Shown here piece by piece: positions 10,462 through 20,372 of a DNA stretch of 64,000 bases. The notes under the pieces were generated by a model. It was not told the origin of the DNA and ran no database searches. It saw nothing but the letters and a program-made list of their open reading frames with translations. Made by a program: the position numbers and the translations under genes. Position 1 is the first letter of the stretch; every line of letters begins with the position of its first letter. The DNA is taken from positions 2,575 to 66,574 of the forward strand of contig DAHXKG010000005.1 in assembly GCA_027366525.1 (NCBI GenBank), read 5' to 3'. Source of the DNA: a candidate division FCPU426 bacterium (lineage in GTDB: Bacteria; Oederibacteriota; Muellerivitia; Muellerivitales; DAHXKG01).

Positions 10462-11233
10462 AATTCAGAAGCAAATTTTTCTGGAACCTCGAACGATGGA
10501 AAATTATCAAAAACTCGTAGATCAATTTCACAACGATCCCCGTCGGGGTGTTCAAACGAGCTTGGAACGATTTAAACGCGAAATGGATTACCAGGATCGA
10601 GAAAAACATCGAATTCAAAAAATGCTTGAAATCGAAAAAACATTGATAGCGAAGGGAGTGCAGGGCATTGCCGGAATTGATGAAGCCGGTCGCGGACCCT
10701 GGGTGGGTCCGGTGGTTGCCGCCGCGGTTGTTCTGCCCGCGGTTTTCCATTGGGACGGACTCAACGATTCCAAAAAAGTTTCTCAAGCACGGCGGGAAGA
10801 TTTGTTTTTGAAAATTACATCTCAGGCTTTAGATTTTGGTGTGGGAAGTGCCAGTGCCGCTGAAATTGATCAAGTCAATATCTATCGAGCCACTCAAATC
10901 GCTATGGAGCGGGCCGTTCAAGCCATGCATCAGCCACCCCAATATTTATTAATTGATGCCATGAACATTCCCAATCTGGCGTGGATTCCTCAAAAAAACA
11001 TCATTCATGGGGATGCTTGCTCAGCCAGTATTGCGGCAGCCTCCATTGTAGCTAAAGTGACACGCGATCATTGGATGGAACAGTTGGATCTGGTTTATCC
11101 TCAATATGCATTTAAGCAACACAAGGGCTATGGAACTACTCGCCATTGGCAGGCCATACAAAAATATGGAATTTGTCCGGAACACCGGCGTTCATTTTCT
11201 CCCATTGCCCAGTGGAGTGGAATTGAAAATTAA
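10436..11233 (+). CDS. rnhB: ribonuclease HII (start uncertain; ~75-aa N-terminal extension)
   Basis: GIAGIDEAGRGPWVGPVVAAA catalytic motif and full RNase HII fold downstream. Annotated start overlaps the upstream gene by 26 nt; internal Met codons possible. Confidence 0.8.
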   Translation: MPSHRPLNEIQKQIFLEPRTMENYQKLVDQFHNDPRRGVQTSLERFKREMDYQDREKHRIQKMLEIEKTLIAKGVQGIAGIDEAGRGPWVGPVVAAAVVLPAVFHWDGLNDSKKVSQARREDLFLKITSQALDFGVGSASAAEIDQVNIYRATQIAMERAVQAMHQPPQYLLIDAMNIPNLAWIPQKNIIHGDACSASIAAASIVAKVTRDHWMEQLDLVYPQYAFKQHKGYGTTRHWQAIQKYGICPEHRRSFSPIAQWSGIEN

Positions 11234-11354
11234 ATTCATGTCCTGAATGTGAAAACAAATTTAAAAGTACCGACATCTCAATCGATGCAAATATCGATTG
11301 AAAATACGAGGAGCCGTAGGGCATGCATAAAAAACAGGTTTTGAAAAAAACTCA

Positions 11355-12620
11355 ATGACCCCACCCAATCAGATGATCCGATATTCAATTTTGGAGTTTC
11401 CACAATCCATTGGTCATCTCATTCGAACGATTGAGAAAATTTCCAAAGAGAGAAAAGAAAACTGTTATTTGGTTGGTGGATTCGTTCGTGATTGGATTTT
11501 AAAGGTTCCCAATGCCGATTTGGATATTGCCGTTGAAGGCGATGGCAATGCCTTTGCTCGTGAGCTGGCGCTTCAAACCCAGGCCACACTTAAATGTTTT
11601 GAACGGTTTGAAACGTCGACGTTGGGCATCCAGGGAGGGGGCAAGCTAGATGTTTCAACTTGTCGAAGCGAGGTTTATGATTCCGAGGGTGAATTACCAA
11701 GAGTCACCCGGAGTAATATTCAGGGTGATTTATTTCGACGGGATTTTACCGTTAATGCGATGGCTTTGAAAATTCAGAGCAGGCATTTTTTGGAGTTGAT
11801 AGATCCGTTTCATGGGAAGCAGGATTTAAAATCTAAAATACTTCGGGCGCTTCACGCCAAAAGTTTTTTGGAGGATCCAACACGTATTTTTCGGGCATCA
11901 CGATTCCAGGCTCGATGGCATGGAAAAATTCATCCTCAAACACAACGATGGATTCTGGATGCTGTTCAAACTGGGTGTTTGACGCGCGTTTCTGCCTTTC
12001 GAATTTGGAAGGAACTGCATCTGATTTGGAACGAGCCGTACCCTTCAAAAATTCTTGATCAATTACAAGCATGGAAGACTTTCAAGCCATGGAACATTCG
12101 GTATTCAGGACAAATCTTTCCTAGCAAGGTTCGCCAGTGGGTAAAATTTTTTAATCAAAAATTCAACCAAACGATTGATCCAAGAGATTTGTATTTTCTT
12201 GATTTTTTTTCAGGGTGGACCTCGCAACAAATGATTCAATGGGAAAATCAATTTCCGCTGTCTCGGTTGGAAAAACGACTGTTAAATCAGTGGATCCGAA
12301 TTCGGGAAGACTTCCAACATGGGGCCACGATGTCCTGGAGCCAAAAAGATCGTGTTTTAAAAAAAATACATCCGGCAATGCAGGCATTTTTGTGTCTGTG
12401 TGAGTCGGAACCTTTTCAGCCTTACGTGGTCCACTATTTTCGAAAAATAACTTCGTTGACACCGTGGATTCAAATGAAGGATTTGGTTCGGGATAATCGA
12501 TTTATACCGAGTCAATATACTGAAATTTTGTCAGAAGCATTGGGAAAACAAGTCGAAAAAAAATTCCCAAATCAGGAACAACTGCTAAAATGGCTTCATC
12601 AAAGGTATGGATCGAAATAA
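11355..12620 (+). CDS. cca: CCA-adding tRNA nucleotidyltransferase / poly(A) polymerase family
   Basis: 421 aa. YLVGGFVRDWILKVPNADLDIAVEGD polymerase-beta NTase head motif, RRDFTVNAMA. Confidence 0.8.
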   Translation: MTPPNQMIRYSILEFPQSIGHLIRTIEKISKERKENCYLVGGFVRDWILKVPNADLDIAVEGDGNAFARELALQTQATLKCFERFETSTLGIQGGGKLDVSTCRSEVYDSEGELPRVTRSNIQGDLFRRDFTVNAMALKIQSRHFLELIDPFHGKQDLKSKILRALHAKSFLEDPTRIFRASRFQARWHGKIHPQTQRWILDAVQTGCLTRVSAFRIWKELHLIWNEPYPSKILDQLQAWKTFKPWNIRYSGQIFPSKVRQWVKFFNQKFNQTIDPRDLYFLDFFSGWTSQQMIQWENQFPLSRLEKRLLNQWIRIREDFQHGATMSWSQKDRVLKKIHPAMQAFLCLCESEPFQPYVVHYFRKITSLTPWIQMKDLVRDNRFIPSQYTEILSEALGKQVEKKFPNQEQLLKWLHQRYGSK

Positions 12621-12750
12621 AGCAGTTGAAATGGAATGTGAGTTTCCTTAATAATTAATTTTAAACATCGGCAAGGATGTGTGAATGAGGGATGCCTTGA
12701 AAGCATTCAAGTAAAAGGATTATTAGTTTGGTGAATAGGGGGAGTTAACG

Positions 12751-13434
12751 ATGTCGACTGCGAATATTGTGAAAATTTTTATTGAATTGGGCATATTGAT
12801 TTTTTCATTATCGTTGCATGAATTTGGCCATGCGATTGCCGCCAATCGGCTGGGCGATCCGACGGCAAAAATGTTGGGACGGATGACCTTGAATCCATTG
12901 GCACATGCTGATTTTTTTGGAACCTTTTTGTTTCCATTGATTATGTTCATGTTACCGGGATCGTATATTTTTGGATGGGCTAAACCGGTTCCTGTGACCG
13001 CACAAAATTTCAAAAATCCTCGGCGGGATATGGCTCTGGTGGCCTTGGCTGGGCCCATGATGAATTTTCTCCTGTCCTTCCTTTCCGTCGTGGTGTTAAG
13101 TGTGATGGATGGAACCACTTTTTTTCAAGTCAATCCGGTTACGGCAGGGTTAACCATCAGTTTTTTTCTTTTTTTCTTCTGGATCAATTTTTTATTGGGT
13201 GTTTTTAACTTAATTCCCATTTTTCCCTTGGATGGATCATGGATTTTAAAGGCCATTTTACCACCACGGGCATCCGCCGCAGTCAGTCGATTGGATCCCT
13301 ATGGATTCATCATTTTAATCGTTCTTTTAATTTCAAATATTCTTAATTATTGTCTTGCCCCCGCAATGTTGATCCTTTTTTTAGTATTGCATTACTTAGG
13401 GTTGGACCATGTAGCTCAGCTACTTCAAACCTGA
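12751..13434 (+). CDS. site-2 protease family (peptidase M50) zinc metalloprotease
   Basis: 227 aa polytopic membrane protein. HEFGHAIAA HExxH motif in first TM. LDG motif (NLIPIFPLDGS). Confidence 0.75.
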   Translation: MSTANIVKIFIELGILIFSLSLHEFGHAIAANRLGDPTAKMLGRMTLNPLAHADFFGTFLFPLIMFMLPGSYIFGWAKPVPVTAQNFKNPRRDMALVALAGPMMNFLLSFLSVVVLSVMDGTTFFQVNPVTAGLTISFFLFFFWINFLLGVFNLIPIFPLDGSWILKAILPPRASAAVSRLDPYGFIILIVLLISNILNYCLAPAMLILFLVLHYLGLDHVAQLLQT

Positions 13435-13443
13435 AAGGCCAGT

Positions 13444-14460
13444 ATGGCAGAATCATCAACTACAACCCGTCAACCCATGCGATATCTCTCAGGGGTGCAA
13501 TCGAGTGGCCGGCTTCATTTGGGAAATTATTTTGGAGCGGTTCAGCACCATATTAATCTCCAAACCCAGGGCGAATGTCTTTATTTTATTGCCAACTATC
13601 ATTCCTTAACGACCATTCATGATGGAGAGCAACTCAGGAAATTTACGTTTGATATTGCAGCCGACTATTTGGCACTTGGGTTGGATCCTCAACATGCGTT
13701 GTTATTTCGACAAAGTGATATTCCTGCGGTAACAGAATTATCATGGATTCTAAGTTCCGTGACCGGCATGGGATTATTAGAACGGGCGCATTCCTATAAA
13801 GATAAATTAACCAAGGGGATTGTGCCGAATGTGGGATTATTTACCTATCCGATTTTAATGGCGGCGGATATTTTAATTTATCAGAGCGACAAAGTTCCTG
13901 TGGGAATGGATCAAGTTCAGCATGTTGAAATGGCGCGGGATATTGCCGGTTACTTTAATCAGCAATTTCAAAAAACGGTTTTTAAGCTTCCGGAAACACT
14001 ATTGAGTTCTACGCCCAAGGTTGTTGGATTAACTGGCGGGAAAATGAGTAAAAGTGATGATAAAAGTGTTTTGCCGATTTTGGGTGATTCGTCGGAAATT
14101 AAGAAGAGAATTATGAGTATTGTTACGGATTCCAAAGGGGTACACGATCCTAAAGATCCAGATCAAAATCCTATTTTCTTATTATATCAGTTACTGGCGA
14201 CGCCGGTTGAAGTTCAGGAGATGCGTGCAGGGTTTGAACATGGAGGCCTGGGATATGGTGAGGCGAAACAACGTCTTTTTTTGAAAATGGAAGAGATATT
14301 TGGAGGCTCCATCCGGACTCGTCGCGCGGAACTCGAAAAGCATCCGGATTGGGTGGAAGATGTGCTTGTGGAATCAGCTAAAAAAGCGGACCTCATTGCA
14401 CGGGCAACCATGGAACAAGTTTATCAGGTCACGGGACTTCGATCCTGGAAGATCAAGTAG
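13444..14460 (+). CDS. trpS: tryptophan--tRNA ligase
   Basis: 338 aa. GVQSSGRLHLGNYFGA (HIGH-type), KMSKS present. Class I TrpRS length. Confidence 0.9.
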   Translation: MAESSTTTRQPMRYLSGVQSSGRLHLGNYFGAVQHHINLQTQGECLYFIANYHSLTTIHDGEQLRKFTFDIAADYLALGLDPQHALLFRQSDIPAVTELSWILSSVTGMGLLERAHSYKDKLTKGIVPNVGLFTYPILMAADILIYQSDKVPVGMDQVQHVEMARDIAGYFNQQFQKTVFKLPETLLSSTPKVVGLTGGKMSKSDDKSVLPILGDSSEIKKRIMSIVTDSKGVHDPKDPDQNPIFLLYQLLATPVEVQEMRAGFEHGGLGYGEAKQRLFLKMEEIFGGSIRTRRAELEKHPDWVEDVLVESAKKADLIARATMEQVYQVTGLRSWKIK

Positions 14461-14476
14461 CCCATCCCTGTAAGAA

Positions 14477-15355
14477 ATGAGAAATGATATGCTTGAAAAT
14501 TCCCAGAATGAATTAACAAAACTAGAGACGACCTATGAGTCCATATCTGTCCAGCTTCGGGAAATTCTCAATCCAGAAGATCAGCGGTGGACGTATCAAA
14601 TTACGATGCCTGCTTTTGATGGACCGATGGAATTATTATTGCTCTTGATTCGGGAACATAAGTTGGATATTTATGATATTCCAATATCCAAAATTACCCA
14701 AGAATATATCGCGATTTTGGATGCACTTCAAAAGTTCAATATGGAGGTAGCGGGTGATTTTTTAGTCATGGCGGCCACGTTGATGCAAATTAAAAGCCGG
14801 ATGATTCTTCATCAGGAAACCGAAGATGCCAATGAGGAAACTGAAGATCCACGTGCCGAATTGGTTCGACGGCTTTTAGAATATAAACGATTCAAGGAGG
14901 CGGCCGCTCAACTTTGGGAATTGGAAAAAAACACACGCTTGTTATTTCCAAGACAGGTTCCACCTGAACTCAAAGTCATTTCCAAAGAAGAACATTTAGT
15001 TGAAATAACCTTGTTTGGTCTTTTATCGGCCTTTAAGGATGTTTTGATTCACGCGCAGGAAAATTTTACGACTGAATTAATTCGTCCGGAAATTACCGTA
15101 ACGCAAAAGATCAATGATCTCATGGATCTTCTTCAAAAGGAGAATAAACTGGCCATTATGGAACTCATGAAGTCTTTTCCCAGTAAGTTGGAAAAAATTG
15201 TAACCTTCTTGGCTCTTTTGGAACTCGTTCGATTGAAATTGGTGAGGGTTTATCAAACCAATGTTTTTGAAGAATTCTATTTGGAGTTGATTCTGGTGTC
15301 GGAAGCGTCAGTAGAAAAAAGTATTGAAGCTTCCCATGATGCATTATTAAATTAG
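14477..15355 (+). CDS. scpA: segregation and condensation protein A
   Basis: 292 aa. FDGPMELLLLLIREHKLDIYDIPISKIT ScpA N-terminal signature. Followed by scpB. Confidence 0.85.
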   Translation: MRNDMLENSQNELTKLETTYESISVQLREILNPEDQRWTYQITMPAFDGPMELLLLLIREHKLDIYDIPISKITQEYIAILDALQKFNMEVAGDFLVMAATLMQIKSRMILHQETEDANEETEDPRAELVRRLLEYKRFKEAAAQLWELEKNTRLLFPRQVPPELKVISKEEHLVEITLFGLLSAFKDVLIHAQENFTTELIRPEITVTQKINDLMDLLQKENKLAIMELMKSFPSKLEKIVTFLALLELVRLKLVRVYQTNVFEEFYLELILVSEASVEKSIEASHDALLN

Positions 15356-15365
15356 GAGACCTGGT

Positions 15366-16055
15366 GTGGAAATCAATGAATTAAAAAAAATTATCGAAAG
15401 TCTTTTGTTTGTTAGCGAGGTTCCATTACCCATTAAACAAATTACATGGATTATTCATGAATCAACGCCGGACGAAGTTCATCAAGCTCTGTTGATTCTT
15501 CAAGAAGAATTGAATGGTTTGAATCGAAGTTTTCAATTGGTAGAAATCGCCGAGGGTTTTCAACTCGTGACACGGCCGGATTATCATAAATGGGCTAAGG
15601 AACTTTATAAAACGGTTACCACCACCCGGATTTCCCGGGCGGCGTTAGAGGCTTTAGCCATTATTGCCTATAAACAACCAGTTACACGGACGGAAATTGA
15701 AGCCATTCGCGGCGTGGATGTTAGTAATTTGATCCAATCCTTGTTGGAGAAAAAAATGATCAGAATCCTGGGGCGCGCGGAAGTTGTTGGGAGACCGCTG
15801 CTCTATGGTACCTCTCAAGAATTTTTAGTGCATTTTGGATTAAAAAGCCTTTTGGATCTTCCGCGGGTTTCTGAAATCCAGGAATTGGCAGGCGATAAAT
15901 TGACGCCCGAGTTAATGAAAGAGATGGAAGGCGAACTTCGACGCCGAGAAGCCAAGCTGGGGATTGCTCCAGAGCAACCCGTGACGGAATCGGCCAATCC
16001 GGAGACTTCATCTCCATCGATGGAAGCGCCATCCACATTTGAGGAGCCAACATGA
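15366..16055 (+). CDS. scpB: segregation and condensation protein B
   Basis: 229 aa. IESLLFVSEVPL and two winged-helix ScpB repeats (AALEALAIIAYKQPVTRTEIEAIRG). Confidence 0.85.
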   Translation: MEINELKKIIESLLFVSEVPLPIKQITWIIHESTPDEVHQALLILQEELNGLNRSFQLVEIAEGFQLVTRPDYHKWAKELYKTVTTTRISRAALEALAIIAYKQPVTRTEIEAIRGVDVSNLIQSLLEKKMIRILGRAEVVGRPLLYGTSQEFLVHFGLKSLLDLPRVSEIQELAGDKLTPELMKEMEGELRRREAKLGIAPEQPVTESANPETSSPSMEAPSTFEEPT

Positions 16056-16804
16056 GATTAAATCAATTTTTATCCCGGGCTGGCGTAACTTCCCGACGAG
16101 GGGCAGATCGTTTGATCCAGTCAGGACAAGTTTCAGTAAATGCCAAGACAATAACGGAATTGGGCACCCAGATTAATCCGGAAAAAGATCGAGTTAAAGT
16201 TTCTGGAAAACGTGTTCAACTGGAGGAATTTAAATATTTTATTTTTCATAAGCCGCAGGGCATGATTAGCACTCTGAAAGATCCTCAGGAACGGCAAAGT
16301 TTTGAAACCATTGTGGAATCCGTGGGAACGCGTGTAGTTCCAGTAGGACGTTTGGATTACAATACGGAAGGATTGATCCTTCTAACGAATGATGGGGAGT
16401 TGGTTCACCGTTTTTTGCATCCTAAATTTCAAGTCCCACGTAAATACCATGTTAAAGTCAAAGGAATTTTAACTCCAGAAGAATTTGAAAAAATTAAAAA
16501 GGGAATTCATTTGGAAGATGGAAAGGTTTATGCGGAAGTCAAACCGCTTCATAAACTGGAAAAAAATTCAGAATTGGAAGTAGTTGTTCGCGAGGGACGG
16601 AATCATTTGATTCGCCGATTGATGCTTGCCTTGGGACACCCGGTCATTAAATTAACTCGCATTGGATTGGGTCCTCTGGTCTTGGGAGCACTCCCGAAAG
16701 GACAGTATCGACGATTATATCCCGATGAAGTCAAATTATTAAAAGCGTGGGTCGTTAAGAATACTCAAAAATCCAAGCAAAATTCAACCTCCAAACTTAG
16801 TTGA
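16052..16804 (+). CDS. rluB: pseudouridine synthase, RsuA/RluB family
   Basis: 250 aa. S4 domain MRLNQFLSRAGVTSRRGADRLIQSGQVSVN, catalytic VGRLDYNTEGLILLTNDG. ATGA overlap with scpB. Confidence 0.8.
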   Translation: MRLNQFLSRAGVTSRRGADRLIQSGQVSVNAKTITELGTQINPEKDRVKVSGKRVQLEEFKYFIFHKPQGMISTLKDPQERQSFETIVESVGTRVVPVGRLDYNTEGLILLTNDGELVHRFLHPKFQVPRKYHVKVKGILTPEEFEKIKKGIHLEDGKVYAEVKPLHKLEKNSELEVVVREGRNHLIRRLMLALGHPVIKLTRIGLGPLVLGALPKGQYRRLYPDEVKLLKAWVVKNTQKSKQNSTSKLS

Positions 16805-17340
16805 ATTGGTTGAGTATAAAGACAAAATTGGGTGATACCCCTGTGTTGAAGGTAAAGGCTTTTTATTTTATTAAAACAGCATTTCCAAGTCGTAAACTAC
16901 CAAAAAAATATTTTAAAGAGATAGAGCAATGAAAAACAATCATGCTTAAACCAAGAAGAAAAAGAAATTATGGAAGCTATTGAACAAGAGGAGTATATGT
17001 CAGTGACTGGGTTAGAGTTAAGAAAAAAGGAGGATGCATTAACTGCCTGCAAGAAAGAAATGACATTTACGATTTGAGTTTATCACAAAGGTATTAATCG
17101 GATAAAAAATGACCCAGAAGCACAAAATTCCTTATCAAAGCTATGTTTTTGAAGTCATTCATAGAGTGCGAAAGGGCTTGAACTGCAGGATCTGAACCGA
17201 TTTGAAAAGTATTTATTACGGCTATCGGTTTATTGGCATTTTAAGGATATTATGAAAAACCATTTTTTTATTCTATAATAGTACAAGTTCGGTATTGCTG
17301 AAATTTTTAAAGTCGTAAGACGAGGAGACAATCCATCTAT

Positions 17341-18597
17341 ATGGCGAATGATGAAAAATCCACCATGGTCAAAATGGCAATGATTTATAGTCAAAATGAA
17401 GAGTGGTATAAGGCTATCGAAGAATATAAAAAATTATTGACGTTGGAGCCAGAGAATGCTCATATTTTTAATGTCATGGGTGATGCGTTTTTTAAAAAAG
17501 GCGATGACCAGGATGCCATGGACTGCTATTTAAAGTCTAAACATCTTTATACTGATCAAAGTCAGCAAGCTAAAGTAGCTTCACTCAATGCCAAAATCGC
17601 CAAACTTTCTGAATCTAAATTGGACGTCCTCCATCGTCGGCAATATAATGGGATTTGTAAAATCGCTCTAGCCGATAAGTTGGCTCGAGAGGATAAACTA
17701 TCGGAAGCCGTTGAAGTCTATCAACAATTGATTGCAGCAGAACCCATTAATTACACCTATCGAGAACAACTAGCTCATTTTTACTTGGACCATGCGCAAG
17801 TTTATGAAGCGCTGGATCAATGGAAGTTTCTTGCAAACGAATTTCTTGCCCAGCAGCAGTTCGAGCAAGCACAATACTATGCTCAAAAAATGAAAGAGAT
17901 TGATTCGGAAAGCCTTGAGGTGCTGGAAATCATGACGGGTATTCAACTTCAATCTGGAGGGTCGGTTCCGGCTTCGAGTTGGATCCAAATGGCTAAAAAG
18001 GCTTTTGAAGTTAAGCAGTTTGAAAAGTCCAAGCAGGCTTTGGATCGGTTGGCTTCCCCGCTAGAGCTAGATATCCGATTACTTCAGATTCAAGTGTTGA
18101 TGGCGTTAAAGCTCTATAGTGAAGCACGCAAATCCTTAATGCAGTTTGAAACGCTCCAGGAGCATCCAGAGTTGATACTGTTTTTAATTGAGATCGATGA
18201 AGCATTGAAAGAGTGGGCGGCGATGGTGGAACATATTAAGGAATTTCTAAAACATCATCCGGACGATATCAAGATGCGTGTCAAGGAAGCTCGAGCCCAA
18301 ATTCAATTAGGACGAAGTGATTTGGCACTTGCTATTTATTCTCAATTGGTTCAAGAAGCTTTGGCTAAAAACCAAGTGGATAGTGCCCTTTCTTATTTGG
18401 AATCCATACTGGCTTTTCAGCCCGATCATATTGAAACGTTGAAGAAGAAAGCCGAACTTTGCTTGAAACAAAACAAACATCCCCAAATGTTAGCGACGTA
18501 TAAAGAAATGATTCAAATTTTAAAAAACAAAAATATGCATGACGATGCTCGAAAAATACAAATGGTTGTTGATCGTTTGTCACGATTGGTGAAATGA
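17341..18597 (+). CDS. tetratricopeptide-repeat protein
   Basis: 418 aa, helical. Multiple TPR-like W-LG-Y-A-F repeats (WYKAIEEYKKLLTLEPENAHIFNVMGDAFFKKGD...). Confidence 0.6.
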   Translation: MANDEKSTMVKMAMIYSQNEEWYKAIEEYKKLLTLEPENAHIFNVMGDAFFKKGDDQDAMDCYLKSKHLYTDQSQQAKVASLNAKIAKLSESKLDVLHRRQYNGICKIALADKLAREDKLSEAVEVYQQLIAAEPINYTYREQLAHFYLDHAQVYEALDQWKFLANEFLAQQQFEQAQYYAQKMKEIDSESLEVLEIMTGIQLQSGGSVPASSWIQMAKKAFEVKQFEKSKQALDRLASPLELDIRLLQIQVLMALKLYSEARKSLMQFETLQEHPELILFLIEIDEALKEWAAMVEHIKEFLKHHPDDIKMRVKEARAQIQLGRSDLALAIYSQLVQEALAKNQVDSALSYLESILAFQPDHIETLKKKAELCLKQNKHPQMLATYKEMIQILKNKNMHDDARKIQMVVDRLSRLVK

Positions 18598-18598
18598 T

Positions 18599-18886
18599 AT
18601 GGAAAAAGATCCCAATACTCCTTGGCGCGGTGGCGATATACAATGTTTGCGGTGTCGATCGTGGAATATCCCGGATAATCATATTTGTGGGAACTGCGGG
18701 GCAAGCTTGCCAGTTCTATATGATGAGGAGGGTCACCCTCGCTTTTCCATGGAGCCCCGTCGGGTTGCAGCAAGATATTTGGTTCAACAATCCAATACCC
18801 GGTTTATAAAGATTCGGATTTTTTTAAGCCTTATTTTAATCGTTTTTATAATTATTTTATTGATGGTGGTTCTAGGTCATCTATAA
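18599..18886 (+). CDS. zinc-ribbon domain small membrane protein
   Basis: 95 aa. CLRC...CGNCG zinc ribbon followed by a C-terminal TM helix (IFLSLILIVFIIILLMVVLG). Confidence 0.5.
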   Translation: MEKDPNTPWRGGDIQCLRCRSWNIPDNHICGNCGASLPVLYDEEGHPRFSMEPRRVAARYLVQQSNTRFIKIRIFLSLILIVFIIILLMVVLGHL

Positions 18887-19013
18887 CGCACGGCCTATGC
18901 CAAATCTTTTGCGATATATTGCTAGGGCAGTCAGTCAAGGTTAGATAGATTGAAATCGGGGTTGAAAATGAATAAAATTAATGAACTTATTTTGAATTGA
19001 GGACGATATCAAT

Positions 19014-20372
19014 ATGAGTGGAAACAGCGATGCTCCGGAAATCTTGGCCTTGCCAGCCCAAAAGGTGTTTTTAGAAACCTTAGGATGCCAATCAAATGTT
19101 CTGGAATCCGATCATATCAAAGGCCTTTTAAAAAAAGAAAATTTTATCCTGACCAACAATCCCGATGAGGCCGACGTAATGTTATTTAATACATGTTCCA
19201 TTCGTCAACATGCTGAAGATAAAATTTTTTCAAGATTAGGGGAACTTCAAGCGTGGAAAAAATCCAACCATCGTCGACGCATTGGGGTTTTGGGATGTAT
19301 GGCTTCGAGTTATAAAGAGGTCTTGATCCAACGCATGCCGCATTTGGATATGGTTTTGGGACCCGATCAATATGCTAAGTTACCAGCACTTCTTAAAGGG
19401 AAAGCACTTCCAACTGTTTGGACTGATTTTGATCCAAGTTTTTTTGCACAAAATGATATCGAACAGTGGACCGGTTCTCATAAAGCGTTTGTAGAAATCA
19501 TGAAGGGATGCGATAAGTTTTGCACGTACTGTGTTGTTCCTTTTACTCGGGGACGAGAAATTTCTCGTCCGTGGGAAACGATTCGGGAAGAAATCCAAGC
19601 TTTAATCGATGTAGGAGTCAAGGAAATCACGTTATTAGGTCAAAATGTCAACTCGTATGGGCAAGATATGAGTAAAGATCCTATCTCTTTTGCCGCTTTA
19701 TTAGAGAAGATTGCACAACTTTCAGGATTGCATCGATTACGATTTATGACTTCGCATCCAATGGATCTTTCCGATGAGTTGATTCAGGTCATGGCCGATT
19801 ATGCTGTCATTTGTCACTTTTTACATTTACCCGTTCAGTCGGGATCGGATGTGGTTTTAAAACGCATGAACCGGAAATACACCATTCAGCATTATCGGGA
19901 ACGAGTGGCCACATTACGAAAATTAATACCCGATGTGGCTTTATCGACAGATCTCATTGTGGGATTTCCGGGTGAAACTGAACTTGAATTCAGAAAAACA
20001 TTGGAACTGCTGGATGAGATTCAGTATGATTCGGTTTTTAGCTTTAAGTACTCAGATCGCGAAGGCACGCCATCGGCACGGATGCTGGATAAAGTCACGG
20101 AAGAGATCAAGGATCAACATTTAAAACAATTGAATGAAAAGGCCTATCATTATGCTGCTCTTAAACATCAGGCTCGGATTGGACAACAGGAGGAAGTACT
20201 GATTGATGGACCGGCCGATAAAACTCCGGGTGCATGGTATGGAAAATCATATCACTATAAAACAGTTGTTTTTCATGCTCCGGAATCGTCCCGTCTTCAG
20301 GCTGGCGATTTTGCTAAAGTATTAGTTCAGTCATCAAAAATTGCAACGCTTTATGGAACAAAGGTGAATTAA
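19014..20372 (+). CDS. miaB: tRNA-i6A37 methylthiotransferase MiaB
   Basis: 452 aa. MTTase N-terminal LETLGCQSN, radical-SAM CDKFCTYC (CxxxCxxC), TRAM C-terminus. Confidence 0.9.
   Translation: MSGNSDAPEILALPAQKVFLETLGCQSNVLESDHIKGLLKKENFILTNNPDEADVMLFNTCSIRQHAEDKIFSRLGELQAWKKSNHRRRIGVLGCMASSYKEVLIQRMPHLDMVLGPDQYAKLPALLKGKALPTVWTDFDPSFFAQNDIEQWTGSHKAFVEIMKGCDKFCTYCVVPFTRGREISRPWETIREEIQALIDVGVKEITLLGQNVNSYGQDMSKDPISFAALLEKIAQLSGLHRLRFMTSHPMDLSDELIQVMADYAVICHFLHLPVQSGSDVVLKRMNRKYTIQHYRERVATLRKLIPDVALSTDLIVGFPGETELEFRKTLELLDEIQYDSVFSFKYSDREGTPSARMLDKVTEEIKDQHLKQLNEKAYHYAALKHQARIGQQEEVLIDGPADKTPGAWYGKSYHYKTVVFHAPESSRLQAGDFAKVLVQSSKIATLYGTKVN

Noticed and set aside
12723-13118. 131-aa minus-strand ORF overlapping the M50 protease start, and 10400-10786 (-) overlapping rnhB
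   Set aside because: Antisense to well-supported genes with no family resemblance. Typical shadow ORFs.
16970-17077. 35-codon ORF (MEAIEQEEYMSVTGLELRKKEDALTACKKEMTFTI) in the rluB-TPR intergenic region
   Set aside because: No clear RBS and no recognisable family. It could be a small protein, but the evidence is insufficient.
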